Below the pieces are notes generated by a model, which made no database searches, was not told the origin of the DNA, and saw only the letters and a program-made list of their open reading frames with translations. The translations under genes and the position numbers were made by a program. Shown here piece by piece: positions 28,779-38,508 of a DNA stretch of 64,000 nucleotides. Source of the stretch: Alphaproteobacteria bacterium. Its GTDB lineage: Bacteria; Pseudomonadota; Alphaproteobacteria; UBA2136. Every line of letters begins with the position of its first letter. Within the stretch, counting starts at the first letter, position 1. Location: positions 23,733-87,732 of the forward strand of contig JBLILN010000007.1 of NCBI GenBank assembly GCA_047635695.1, read 5' to 3'.

Positions 28779-29945
28779 ATGGAAAGTTTTAACGCATTTA
28801 TAGCTATCGTAAAAGATGTTTGGATGACAGGTATTTTTGGTGTGAATGTCGGCGATGTTTTAGTGGCCTTTGCAATCATTTATATATTTATACTGTTACG
28901 CCAGCTTTCCACACGCTTTTTAATTGCATGGTTGCGTATTTTTACGTCCCGTACAAAAAGTACCATCGACGATAAAATACTCGAATGTGTTGAAGGGCCT
29001 TTGCGTTTACTGCCTGTGACACTTGGTTTTTTCCTTGCGGGTCAGTACCTCGAAATTGAAGGAAATTTAGATATATTTGTGTCAAACTTGGTACGTTCTC
29101 TTGTGGCGGTAACCATATTTTGGTCGGCCTTTAATTTAACAGAAGTATTGTCACGCGGACTTGGTAAGGCACGCAAAGTTTTTACACCTGTCATGGTTTC
29201 ATGGCTTGTTAAAACAGTTAAAATTATCTTTTCACTTATCGGTGTCGCCACTGTTTTAGAAATTTGGGGCATTCAAGTAGGGCCTATTATAGCAGGGCTT
29301 GGTTTGTTTGGTGTGGCTGTTGCACTGGGTGCGCAAGACCTGTTTAAAAACCTGATTGCAGGGGTGCTGGTTATTGCAGAGCGCCGTTTTAACATTGGTG
29401 ATTGGGTGTTGGTTGACGGTGTTGTTGAAGGCACAGTTGAAAAAATTGGTTTTCGTTCCACGGTGGTCAGACGTTTCGACAAGGCGCCTGTTTATGTACC
29501 TAATGCAAAATTTAGTGACAATGCGGTGACAAATTTTAGTGCTATGACGCACCGTCGTATTTGCTGGAAAATTGGTGTTGAATATAGTACGTCGGTCGAA
29601 CAACTACGCGAAGTGCGTGATAACATTGAAGGCTATATCCTAGGCCATGAAGACTTCGCTCAACCGCCAGAGGTGTCAACTTTTGTGCGTATTGACAGCT
29701 TTAATGATTCTTCTATCGATATCTTACTTTATTGCTTCACAAAGACAACAGTTTGGGGTGAATGGCTCGAAATCAAAGAAAAATTAGCTTACGAAATTAA
29801 AAATATCGTCGAAGGTGCAGGCACTGGGTTTGCTTTCCCAAGTCAAAGCGTTTATGTTGAAACGATGCCAGAAAACCGCCCAGACAATTTTGTGCCGCCA
29901 ACGGCCAAAAATAAACCCTATACAAAAATTAAAGAGATAAAATAA
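28779..29945 (+). CDS. small-conductance mechanosensitive channel family protein (MscS-like)
   Basis: N-terminal TM helices and the MscS beta-domain pattern (…GDWVLVDGVVEGTVEKIGFRSTVVRRFD…). Confidence 0.75.
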   Translation: MESFNAFIAIVKDVWMTGIFGVNVGDVLVAFAIIYIFILLRQLSTRFLIAWLRIFTSRTKSTIDDKILECVEGPLRLLPVTLGFFLAGQYLEIEGNLDIFVSNLVRSLVAVTIFWSAFNLTEVLSRGLGKARKVFTPVMVSWLVKTVKIIFSLIGVATVLEIWGIQVGPIIAGLGLFGVAVALGAQDLFKNLIAGVLVIAERRFNIGDWVLVDGVVEGTVEKIGFRSTVVRRFDKAPVYVPNAKFSDNAVTNFSAMTHRRICWKIGVEYSTSVEQLREVRDNIEGYILGHEDFAQPPEVSTFVRIDSFNDSSIDILLYCFTKTTVWGEWLEIKEKLAYEIKNIVEGAGTGFAFPSQSVYVETMPENRPDNFVPPTAKNKPYTKIKEIK

Positions 29946-30763
29946 TGAAAAAACCTAAACGCTTAAGAAATCATGCACTCATTGTCAAATCTGCGGCATG
30001 GTCTTACGTCTTATTGGCTTTACTTTATCCTATATTTACACTCAGCTCCCTAGGGGTTGACCTGCCATCAAACGGTATTGAATCGTTTTTGAAAAATATG
30101 ATTGCAGGTGGCTCAAGCGACCATGTATTCTGGACTTTGTTTTCAATTATACCTTTATTGCTTGTTTTTGGTGGCGTGGGTTTTTATTCTGCGGTTAAGC
30201 CTTATTCATTTAAATTGTCGGGCTTGGCCTTGTTTTTTTCTGCTCTTGCAGCTATCGGGTTTTTGCTTGGTATCGGTCGTTGGGCAACGCTTAACTGGGG
30301 CTTAGGTGAGGCGTTTGTCGCTTACAAGTCAAACAGCGCATTTATCACCAATGCTTATCAAGTATCCAATGAAATTTTGGGTTATTGGGTGGGTCATGTT
30401 TTTGCAGAAATAAGCCTGTTTGTTGCTATTGGTGTGATGTCGATCGCCATATTTAATTCTAAGCGTTTCCCTTTATGGCTTTCAGGTTTTGCTGGCGTTT
30501 TATTTATTATCGGTGTTGCAGCCGTCTTTAGAGATACAAATGAAGCTTCTTTATGGTTACATAACGGTATATCCACGTTTATGCTTGTGCCGCTGTTCTT
30601 CCTCTTTTTGGCTGTAGCTCTTTTCCGCTTTGTTGGTAAATCAAAAGAGAAAAAGGTCGGACGTGGTTATGCGAAAAAAGATAATGGTAAGGCCAACGGT
30701 AAAAAGCGTCGCTTTTATAAAAGAAAAGACAAAAAAAGCAAAAAAGAAAAACAAAATCCTTAA
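29945..30763 (+). CDS. hypothetical polytopic membrane protein with Lys-rich C-terminal tail (start overlaps mscS-like stop, ATAATG)
   Basis: Seven or more hydrophobic segments; 1-nt overlap with the upstream stop suggests translational coupling. Confidence 0.5.
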   Translation: MKKPKRLRNHALIVKSAAWSYVLLALLYPIFTLSSLGVDLPSNGIESFLKNMIAGGSSDHVFWTLFSIIPLLLVFGGVGFYSAVKPYSFKLSGLALFFSALAAIGFLLGIGRWATLNWGLGEAFVAYKSNSAFITNAYQVSNEILGYWVGHVFAEISLFVAIGVMSIAIFNSKRFPLWLSGFAGVLFIIGVAAVFRDTNEASLWLHNGISTFMLVPLFFLFLAVALFRFVGKSKEKKVGRGYAKKDNGKANGKKRRFYKRKDKKSKKEKQNP

Positions 30764-30863
30764 TTTATAGGCCTGGCTACTTGCAACTGCCAGGCAGTTA
30801 CACTATAAATTCAAAACATAAACTAAATTTATTATAAAAAAATTGAAAGTTTTTTAAAACATT

Positions 30864-32828
30864 ATGGAAACAAATCAGCATATTCAAATTCGTCAGGAAA
30901 AAGTAAACAATTTACGTTCAATGGGCATTAACCCGTTCCCTAACAAATTTAAACCGCAAAACAAATGCGCTGACCTTTCAAAACGTTTTGAAAACGATGA
31001 CATTGACGCCCTTGCAGCTGTGGGTGAAACATTTACCATTGCTGGCCGTGTAATGTTGCTACGTGAATTTGGTAAATTAGCTTTCTTTTCACTGCGTGAC
31101 GCATCGGGTCGTTTACAGTGTAGCGTTGCCGTTGACGGTATTGGCAAAGACACTTACCAAATATTCAAAAAGCACGTGGATTTGGGTGACATTGTCGGCG
31201 TCAAAGGCCAAATGACACGTACACAAAAAGGTGAATTGACACTGGCGGCTGAATATTTTGAAATTATTAACAAAAGCATGCGCCCACTGCCAGACAAATG
31301 GCATGGCCTGAATGATACTGAAACACGTTACCGTCAGCGTTACGTCGACCTGATTATGAACGATGAAGTGAAAGAAACATTCAAAAAACGTAGCCAGATT
31401 GTTAGCGCTATCCGCGACTACATGACAGAAGCTGACTTTATGGAAGTCGAAACACCGATGCTACACCATAAAGCTTCGGGTGCGGCGGCAAAGCCTTTTG
31501 AAACTTATCACAATGCTTTATCAATGGACATGAAACTGCGTATTGCGCCTGAATTGCACTTGAAGCGTTTGGTTGTGGGTGGTTTTGACCGTGTCTTTGA
31601 AATTAACCGTAATTTCCGTAACGAAGGTGTGTCTGTGCGTCATAACCCTGAATTTACCATGATGGAATTTTACGCCGCATACTGGGACTACCATGACCTG
31701 ATGGACTTTAGTGCAAAACTCATGGAACATGTGGCTCAAAAAGTGATGGGTACAACAGACCTTACTTATGGTGAACATAAAATTTCACTAAAAGCACCGT
31801 TTGCTAAATTAAGCATGAAAGAGGCTATTTTAACCATCGGCAAGGTTGACGAAAAAGACCTTGAAACAATTGAAAGCATGAAAGCTGTGGCTAAAAGCCG
31901 TGGTATCGAACTTTCAAAATGGGGTGACTATGGCCAGTGCTTCCTAGAACTGTTTGAAGAACTTTGCGAAGAAAAATTGATCAACCCAACATTTATTTAC
32001 GACTACCCAACAAGCACGTCACCGCTTTCACGCCCATGTGACGATAACCCAGAATGGACAGAACGTGCCGAGCTATTTGCCGTTGGCCGTGAGCTTGGTA
32101 ACTTGTTTAGTGAGTTGAATGACCCTGTGGATCAAGCGAACCGTTTCCAAGACCAAATTGACCAAATGGAAAGTGGCAACGACGAAGCCATGGCTTACGA
32201 CGAAGACTATGTACGCGCACTTGAATATGGTATGCCGTATGCAGGTGGTATGGGTATTGGAATTGACCGATTGGTGATGCTTTTAACCAACCAACCTTCT
32301 ATCCGTGACGTTATTTTGTTCCCACACTTACGCCCAGAAGGCGGTGATGCGGAAACGTCGAACAAGCCGACAGCTAAAACAGAAGCGGGCGTGGTTGCGA
32401 CAGTGCCAACAGTGGATACATCTGACTACAAATTTGTTTGTGTGGTGAATAAAAAAGCTGAAACAGCCGACGTTATCAACGCTGCCGTTAAAATGGCCGC
32501 AGGCCTTGGCGCGTCATTTGGAGCAAACCTAAAAACAAATACATTTAAAGACGCAAGCGACGGCGAACACGGTAACGTGCCTAATGTACCCGTTGTTGTG
32601 CTACGTGCCGACAATGCCAACCAAATTCGTAAGGTGCGTGCAGGGGCTGTAGAGGCGAACATTGCCTTTAGTGACTTTAACAGTGCCATGGCAACCGGTA
32701 GTGCCAGCGAACAACGCAAAGCGCTGCAAATAGCGCAAGATGATGACTTGGAATACCAAGGTATCTGCTTATTTGCAGCAGAAGACGATATTAAGCCATT
32801 AACCAAAAAATTCTCAATGTTTCGTTAA
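30864..32828 (+). CDS. lysS: lysine--tRNA ligase (class II) with extra ~160-aa C-terminal domain
   Basis: OB-fold anticodon-binding N-domain and class II motifs 1-3; the core ends near ...FPHLRPE (~aa 495) and 160 additional residues follow. Confidence 0.9.
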   Translation: METNQHIQIRQEKVNNLRSMGINPFPNKFKPQNKCADLSKRFENDDIDALAAVGETFTIAGRVMLLREFGKLAFFSLRDASGRLQCSVAVDGIGKDTYQIFKKHVDLGDIVGVKGQMTRTQKGELTLAAEYFEIINKSMRPLPDKWHGLNDTETRYRQRYVDLIMNDEVKETFKKRSQIVSAIRDYMTEADFMEVETPMLHHKASGAAAKPFETYHNALSMDMKLRIAPELHLKRLVVGGFDRVFEINRNFRNEGVSVRHNPEFTMMEFYAAYWDYHDLMDFSAKLMEHVAQKVMGTTDLTYGEHKISLKAPFAKLSMKEAILTIGKVDEKDLETIESMKAVAKSRGIELSKWGDYGQCFLELFEELCEEKLINPTFIYDYPTSTSPLSRPCDDNPEWTERAELFAVGRELGNLFSELNDPVDQANRFQDQIDQMESGNDEAMAYDEDYVRALEYGMPYAGGMGIGIDRLVMLLTNQPSIRDVILFPHLRPEGGDAETSNKPTAKTEAGVVATVPTVDTSDYKFVCVVNKKAETADVINAAVKMAAGLGASFGANLKTNTFKDASDGEHGNVPNVPVVVLRADNANQIRKVRAGAVEANIAFSDFNSAMATGSASEQRKALQIAQDDDLEYQGICLFAAEDDIKPLTKKFSMFR

Positions 32829-32846
32829 TACTTCTATTGTTTAGGA

Positions 32847-32880
32847 AAGGGCGCCCTTGTAGCGCCTTTTTCATTTTTTA
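32847..32880 (+). terminator. terminator after lysS (GGCGCC-cttgta-GCGCC + T-rich)
   Basis: Hairpin plus T-run. Confidence 0.6.
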
Positions 32881-33004
32881 TGGCTGTTATTTACGTTTGT
32901 AAACGTGGCAAACTATAAAAAAAAATACCGATCCTGCTATCACCCATTCTAGCGGCGCAATTACCGTAAAATGTTTATGTTTAATTTAAATATCAATGGG
33001 ATAA

Positions 33005-33048
33005 AAAACCCGCGAGCGGGCAAAAAAAAGAGCCCCGAAGGACTCTTT
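33005..33048 (-). terminator. tandem terminators for the minus-strand lipoprotein gene
   Basis: Reverse complement reads AGAGTCC-ttcg-GGGCTCT-T8 and GCCCGC-tcg-GCGGG-T6. Confidence 0.5.
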
Positions 33049-33080
33049 ATAACAACGTAAAGTTATTTTCGATTAAAAAC

Positions 33081-33416
33081 TTATTTTACGTAAGGCTCAC
33101 ATACATCAGGGATAGTAGTTTTACCAATGTATTTAGCACAAGCGTTCTTCATGGCACTATCAGCGTTAGCTTTACGGTCCGAAGAAGAATGCGTTTCAGT
33201 ACGGCTATTACGGTTGTTGATACGAATAGAATTTGTACCACGACCACTAGCTGTTGTTTTTTCACTTTTAACATCACCATTGGGAAAGTATTCCTTGTCA
33301 TGAACAACTCTATCGTCCGTACTTGGGAAAATAGAACCGCCTTTTGAAGAACAACCGCCCATCATTAAAGAAAGGCCAGCAACAGCAATAATTAAAGCTT
33401 TGTTTAAAGTTTTCAT
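33081..33416 (-). CDS. hypothetical lipoprotein (lipobox MMGGC)
   Basis: Signal peptide followed by Cys. Confidence 0.45.
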   Translation of the reverse strand: MKTLNKALIIAVAGLSLMMGGCSSKGGSIFPSTDDRVVHDKEYFPNGDVKSEKTTASGRGTNSIRINNRNSRTETHSSSDRKANADSAMKNACAKYIGKTTIPDVCEPYVK

Positions 33417-33477
33417 TTTGTTTCCTTATGAGGCGTCAAGCACCTCAAAATTTAAGTTTAAGTAAATAAAGTTTGAA

Positions 33478-34029
33478 TTAATAAGAATCCATATCAGACA
33501 TATTGTCTTCAGCGTGATACTTTAATTCACTACCAGGGCGACCCGTTAAGTTTGTGTATACACGCTCATATTCTTTTAGCTTGTTGTAGCTACGTGCTTT
33601 ATAGGTTTCTTGACGATCAGCATTGCTATATGCTTTGCTGATATATCTGTCTACTTTACCTAATTCACGAGAATCATTACGTGAAAGTTCACCAATAGAC
33701 TGCGCAATAGTTAGCTCAGCTTTACGATTTTCAAGGCGAAGTGCCTCGTCAATATAGCTTTGTTGTTTGCTTTTAATAGCCTGAAACCTTGAGTATTCCT
33801 TATTGTAGCTACTTATCACTTTATTTAACTGTTTTGCTTCTTTGTTGATTTCTCGTTCATAGCGATCCGCACGTTGTTTACGACATTGTTGACGTGCTTT
33901 TGATGTGCTTTGAACACAATCACCTTTGAACCAATCACTTAATTTACTGCCTTCTACCGGGGCAGAAACAGTCATAGAACCTAAAGCAAAAATAGCTACT
34001 AAAATAGTAGCAAAGATTGAAGTTTTCAT
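33478..34029 (-). CDS. hypothetical secreted coiled-coil protein
   Basis: Signal peptide; charged heptad-like sequence. Confidence 0.4.
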   Translation of the reverse strand: MKTSIFATILVAIFALGSMTVSAPVEGSKLSDWFKGDCVQSTSKARQQCRKQRADRYEREINKEAKQLNKVISSYNKEYSRFQAIKSKQQSYIDEALRLENRKAELTIAQSIGELSRNDSRELGKVDRYISKAYSNADRQETYKARSYNKLKEYERVYTNLTGRPGSELKYHAEDNMSDMDSY

Positions 34030-34241
34030 AATAATTCCTTGAGAGGGGGTACCTCTTGTTAGGAGAGCCAGAAAGGCTCAATATATGTGTATAGTTTATA
34101 TTCCACCTAGCAAGCTAAGTGTACATTATTTAAAGGTAGGGTTGTTTTAAGGCAACCGGTTAATAGTCATTGGTATATTATATAGGTGAATATAAGGCGT
34201 TTTTCAAGTGTTTTCACCTGTATTGCCTGAATTATATGGCT

Positions 34242-34276
34242 TTTTACCTGTCAGTGATTGTACCTGACAGGTAAAA
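34242..34276. promoter_or_regulatory. 13-bp perfect inverted repeat TTTTACCTGTCAG-n9-CTGACAGGTAAAA
   Basis: Read directly from the sequence; lies in the 390-bp intergenic region between dnaB 3' end and the secreted-protein gene 5' end. Confidence 0.4.
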
Positions 34277-34416
34277 TATGAAAAAAATTCATGGGTTAAC
34301 ATGTCAGTTTTATGTTGAGAATAGGCTTTGTAACTTATGAGTGACTAGCGAAAAGCGTATAATGTAAAAGAATAATGCCTATGGGCTAAATCGGGTTAAG
34401 CGTCGCACGCTTAGGT

Positions 34417-36015
34417 TTAAGACCAGGGAGCGTCTTCGTCGTTCACGGCTTTTGCGGGTGCGCCCGTGTTTGCCACAAAACCAGCACTTTCAGCTGTTTG
34501 TTGCGCGTAACCACCGTTGTAATTATCCATTGACTGCGGGCTGATATAGTCCTTAAACAACGTAAATTGCGGTACAAATGTAAGGGCCACTGTTGTTGTC
34601 GGGCCTTTACGGTTTTTAGAAATAATACATTCGGCTTTGCCTTTAATGCGGGCAAGGTGTTCTTTCATTTCTTCGCTACGGTCAACTTCTGGCGGCAGTG
34701 TTTTTTCAAAATAATAGTCCTCACGGTAAAGGAACATTACCACGTCGGCGTCTTGCTCAATGGAACCCGACTCACGTAAGTCAGAAAGCATGGGGCGTTT
34801 GTTGTCACGGCTTTCAACCGCACGAGAAAGCTGGGAAAGGGCAATAACAGGTATAGCCAATTCACGGGCAACGGCTTTAAGGCCTTGAGATATCTCGCTA
34901 ATTTCTTGCACACGGTTTTGCTGTGATGCTTTGCTTGAGCCACGCATAAGCTGTAAATAATCGACCACAATCATACCGATATCAAATTGGCGTTTCATGC
35001 GTCTCGCACGGGAACGGAATGTGGCAATGGTAATCGCAGGCGTATCGTCAATAATAATCGGCATTTCAGCCAGCGTGTTGGCACAGGCCTGAATGCGGGT
35101 AAATTCTTCGTCATCAAGGCTACCATCAATAATTTTGAAGGAGTTGACACGGGCTTCCGCCGCAATAATACGTGTTGTTAATTGTTCGGCGGACATCTCC
35201 ATTGAAAAGACACCCACACCCGCACCACCAAATTGGTTGTTTTTAACAGCAGCGGCGGCATTTTGTGCAAAGTTAATGGCAATGGCTGTTTTACCCATGG
35301 AAGGCCTTGCGGCTAAAATAATTAATTCGTCTTTGTGGAAACCACCTAAGGCGGCGTCAATGGCCGTTAAGCCAGAAGTTGTACCCACAAGTTTACCTTG
35401 GTATTTTTTCGCTTCAGCAATTTGGTCGATCACATTTTTAAGTGGATTTTTAAGGTCTTGGTATGTCACAGTGCTACCTGTTTCAACCAGTTTGAAAAGT
35501 GTTTGTTCAACGTCACTAATAACGTTTTGAATAGTGTCCTGTTGTTCAGATGGTGGAATGTCCTGTGCGTTATGGGTCAGGTCTTGGCCGACTTTTATCA
35601 ACTGACGTTGTAAATAGTAGTTTTTAACAATGATAGCGAGGTCTTTTACGCGGAAAGCATGGGATGCATTTTCCATAATGCCAGACAAATGGTTAGCAAG
35701 GTCGCCGTCACCGTCATATGAGCTACGCATGTTCTCGCGGATCGTCATAGGGCTGGCTTCAAAGCCTTTGCCTAAAAGCTGTGCCATTGTTTCGTAAACG
35801 GCACCGTTAAATTTAACGTAAAAATGTTCAGGCAGTAATTCACCTTCAACTTCGTCATAGTAGTCGTTGTTGAGCATGAGTAAACCAATTAGGGCTTGTT
35901 CAACTTCGCTTGAATGAGGCAGGTCTTTGGCTGTTTGGGCAGGGTTACCGCTAACGTTCATATCCATGTCAGATGTCTGCTGTAGCTGAGCGTTTATAGC
36001 GTCGATATCCATCAT
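34417..36015 (-). CDS. dnaB: replicative DNA helicase DnaB
   Basis: Walker A GKT and the DnaB H1-H4 motifs. Start is trimmed to MMDIDAINAQ; the ORF-track extension to 36102 overlaps repeat family 2, and its ATG sits in the repeat palindrome. Confidence 0.9.
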   Translation of the reverse strand: MMDIDAINAQLQQTSDMDMNVSGNPAQTAKDLPHSSEVEQALIGLLMLNNDYYDEVEGELLPEHFYVKFNGAVYETMAQLLGKGFEASPMTIRENMRSSYDGDGDLANHLSGIMENASHAFRVKDLAIIVKNYYLQRQLIKVGQDLTHNAQDIPPSEQQDTIQNVISDVEQTLFKLVETGSTVTYQDLKNPLKNVIDQIAEAKKYQGKLVGTTSGLTAIDAALGGFHKDELIILAARPSMGKTAIAINFAQNAAAAVKNNQFGGAGVGVFSMEMSAEQLTTRIIAAEARVNSFKIIDGSLDDEEFTRIQACANTLAEMPIIIDDTPAITIATFRSRARRMKRQFDIGMIVVDYLQLMRGSSKASQQNRVQEISEISQGLKAVARELAIPVIALSQLSRAVESRDNKRPMLSDLRESGSIEQDADVVMFLYREDYYFEKTLPPEVDRSEEMKEHLARIKGKAECIISKNRKGPTTTVALTFVPQFTLFKDYISPQSMDNYNGGYAQQTAESAGFVANTGAPAKAVNDEDAPWS

Positions 36016-36043
36016 GTTTACCCTATTTAATTGTTTACGAAAT

Positions 36044-36142
36044 GTCACCTCACTGCGATACTTTAATTTAACTTTCGCGGGACGCATGTACTCAGTGTAC
36101 ATTTACGTTTCCACACATTAAATGAAATCAAAATCTCATCAG
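36044..36142 (+). repeat. dispersed ~100-nt repeat, family 2 copy X1 (…TTAACTTTCGCGGGACGCATGTACtcagtGTACAT…TCATCAG)
   Basis: ~80% identical over ~85 nt to copy X2 (48401..48499); contains the ATGTAC/GTACAT stem-loop. Confidence 0.65.
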
Positions 36143-36321
36143 TGACCGCTATGCTTTGCATAGCTTGTAAAATTTAACTTTGTGGCTATTTTCAGTTATG
36201 AAAATCCACTAGAAAATGAGTATACAGCATCCCTATGTTTTCGCAATTCTTAATTGTAAATTACCCCTAAAATAAAAAAGCACCCGAAGGTGCTTTGCCA
36301 TAAAAGGCTAGTTCGATACTT

Positions 36322-36774
36322 TTATTTTTTTATGATAATTTCTATAACACGATGTTTTTTGTCAATGTTTAGTGATACATTAATGCTATCTACTACTTGA
36401 AGTGTTCCGCCAAGAGGGTGGAATTTTTCAACTATATGTACATTGCTAACAACCGCTATTTCTTTTATATTTATAATAAGTTCTTTATTGTCATATTCGA
36501 CTTTCTTAAGCAATACATCTAATGCGTGATCATTTGCTTTTAAGCTTTGGCTGCCCTCTACTCCGAAGTTAATAACTATATCTTTTACGCTATCTGCTCC
36601 AGAAACACTTATCAATATCATGTTTTCACCAGTGCTGATAAAGGTTGGGTGGTTAGTGGTATTGGAGATGGTGATGTGTTGAGCTAATAGGTTGTTATCA
36701 CTACAACCTGAGAGTAACGACATGAAAGTTAGTGCTAAAATGGCCATAAGGCTACTTATTTTTGTAAATTGCAT
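36322..36774 (-). CDS. hypothetical lipoprotein (start trimmed to MQFTKISSLMAILALTFMSLLSGC)
   Basis: Signal peptide with lipobox LSGC. Confidence 0.4.
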   Translation of the reverse strand: MQFTKISSLMAILALTFMSLLSGCSDNNLLAQHITISNTTNHPTFISTGENMILISVSGADSVKDIVINFGVEGSQSLKANDHALDVLLKKVEYDNKELIINIKEIAVVSNVHIVEKFHPLGGTLQVVDSINVSLNIDKKHRVIEIIIKK

Positions 36775-36932
36775 AGGTATTTCCTCGTAAAGGTCCGCTG
36801 AGCTTAGAATAAGTCCATTTAAAAACGGTAAAAAGATGGTGTTTGTAGCTAATAAATAGGGGCTGTGATGGGGAATAACAAGGGGAAGTATCAAATAAAA
36901 TATGATCACTGGCGTTTTATATCATTAATATG

Positions 36933-36982
36933 CAAAAAAAAGCCCCACTTAAACCGAAAATTCGGTCAAGCGAGGCTTTTAT
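36933..36982 (-). terminator. terminator of the rpsF-rpsR-rplI operon (long imperfect hairpin + T8 on minus strand)
   Basis: Reverse complement reads AAGCCTCGCTTGACCGAA...TCGGTTTAAGTGGGGCTTTTTTTT. Confidence 0.5.
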
Positions 36983-37052
36983 AATGTCGTTGTTACCGTT
37001 AAGCGTCGATATTAAATATCAATACTTACTAGATAACTAACCCACGAGTGGA

Positions 37053-37502
37053 TTATGAAGTTTGACGTACAACATTTACAGCTACTTTAACAGCCACTTC
37101 TGGGTGTAAAGCAATGCGTACTTCAAATTCGCCTAGGCTTTTAATTGGCTCACCAATTTGTACCATTGAGCGTTTTATTTGTTTGCCATCAGCAATAAGG
37201 CTGTTTGCAATGTCAGCAGCTTTAACTGAACCGTAAAGTTGGCCAGTTTCAGAAGCTTGACGTATAAGTGTAACTGAAGTGTCGTTAAACGTTTCAGAAA
37301 CACCTGTTGCCACTTGGCGTGCATCTTCGCTTTTAGCCATAAGTTCGCTGCGCTGTGCTTCGTACTTAGCTAAGTTAGCTTTTGTTGCTGGTAAAGCTTT
37401 GCTTTGTGGTAAAAGGAAGTTACGGCCAAAACCGGCTTTAACTTCAACTGTGTCACCCATGTTACCAAGGCGAGCAATGCGTTCTAGTAAAATAACTTGC
37501 AT
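37053..37502 (-). CDS. rplI: 50S ribosomal protein L9
   Basis: MQVILLERIARLGNMGDTVEVKAGFGRNFLLPQ is the canonical L9 N-terminus. Confidence 0.9.
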   Translation of the reverse strand: MQVILLERIARLGNMGDTVEVKAGFGRNFLLPQSKALPATKANLAKYEAQRSELMAKSEDARQVATGVSETFNDTSVTLIRQASETGQLYGSVKAADIANSLIADGKQIKRSMVQIGEPIKSLGEFEVRIALHPEVAVKVAVNVVRQTS

Positions 37503-37523
37503 AATATTTTTCTCCTTTAAGGG

Positions 37524-37829
37524 TTACTTAGATACGTAAGGCATAAGAGCAAGGTGACGCGCACGCTTGATAGCAATAGCCAATTTACGTTGTTTAATGT
37601 TGCTCACACCAGTGATGTGGCTTGGTAGCATTTTACCGTATGGTGATACAAAGCGTCCAAGTGTGCGGATGTCTTTGTAGTCAATTGCTGGCGCACGGTC
37701 ACCTGTGAACGGGCAAGACTTTTTACGACGGAAGTAAGGCTTTCCAAGTAGGCTTGAGCTTGCTGCTGCTGCAGGGCGTGAACCTTCTGTAGAAGTAGCT
37801 TCTGTGTTTTTTGTTTCGATTTCAGACAT
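37524..37829 (-). CDS. rpsR: 30S ribosomal protein S18
   Basis: …[65 protein letters not shown]…. Confidence 0.9.
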   Translation of the reverse strand: MSEIETKNTEATSTEGSRPAAAASSSLLGKPYFRRKKSCPFTGDRAPAIDYKDIRTLGRFVSPYGKMLPSHITGVSNIKQRKLAIAIKRARHLALMPYVSK

Positions 37830-37843
37830 GTTTATATCCTTTC

Positions 37844-38239
37844 TTATGCTTCAGCTGTAGCGTTAGCCATTGGGCGACGCGTTGTTTTAGCTGCATCTTT
37901 TGAATCATCAGGGCGACGACGTGGAGCCATTTGAATTGAAGGCGCTTTAGTAAGTTCAGGTGCGCTCATAGTTAGGAAACGAATAATATCGTCACTAATA
38001 CGCATTTGACGTTCAAGTTCAACAATAGCGTCTCCGTTACCTTCGAAGCCGATAAGTGTGTAATAACCCTTGCGGTGTTTGTTTACACGGTAAGCAAGAG
38101 TTTTAAGACCCCATTGCTCAGTTTTGATAATTTTAGCGCCTTTAGATGTAAGAATTTCTTCAAACTTCTTCGCAGTCGTTTCTGCGTGTGTAGAAGCAAC
38201 ATCTGGACGTACGATATAAACGAGTTCATAGAATGACAT
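37844..38239 (-). CDS. rpsF: 30S ribosomal protein S6 (with acidic/basic C-terminal tail)
   Basis: [13 protein letters not shown]… is the canonical S6 N-terminus. Confidence 0.9.
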   Translation of the reverse strand: MSFYELVYIVRPDVASTHAETTAKKFEEILTSKGAKIIKTEQWGLKTLAYRVNKHRKGYYTLIGFEGNGDAIVELERQMRISDDIIRFLTMSAPELTKAPSIQMAPRRRPDDSKDAAKTTRRPMANATAEA

Positions 38240-38508
38240 ATGTTTATTCCTTCTGGTTACAATTAAAATTTATAGACTGTACCGCTTAAAAACGTGCGAT
38301 AAAGCCCCATATTGCAGCCATCTCTATAGTAAGATAGCAAGGTCAATAGGCCGCACTATACTGAAATTGTAGTTATTTGCAAGTGAAAACCGCATATCCC
38401 CCTTACATTAATTGGTTTTTTCTGCCACTCAGCACTTGACGAATAAATGCAGGCGCCCCAATATAAGGCTTATATGATATTAAATATAACAATGAATGTA
38501 TAAAAAAT

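Noticed and set aside
36016-36102. 29-residue N-terminal extension of DnaB
   Set aside because: It reads through repeat X1, and the start codon lies in the repeat palindrome. I chose the downstream Met pair.
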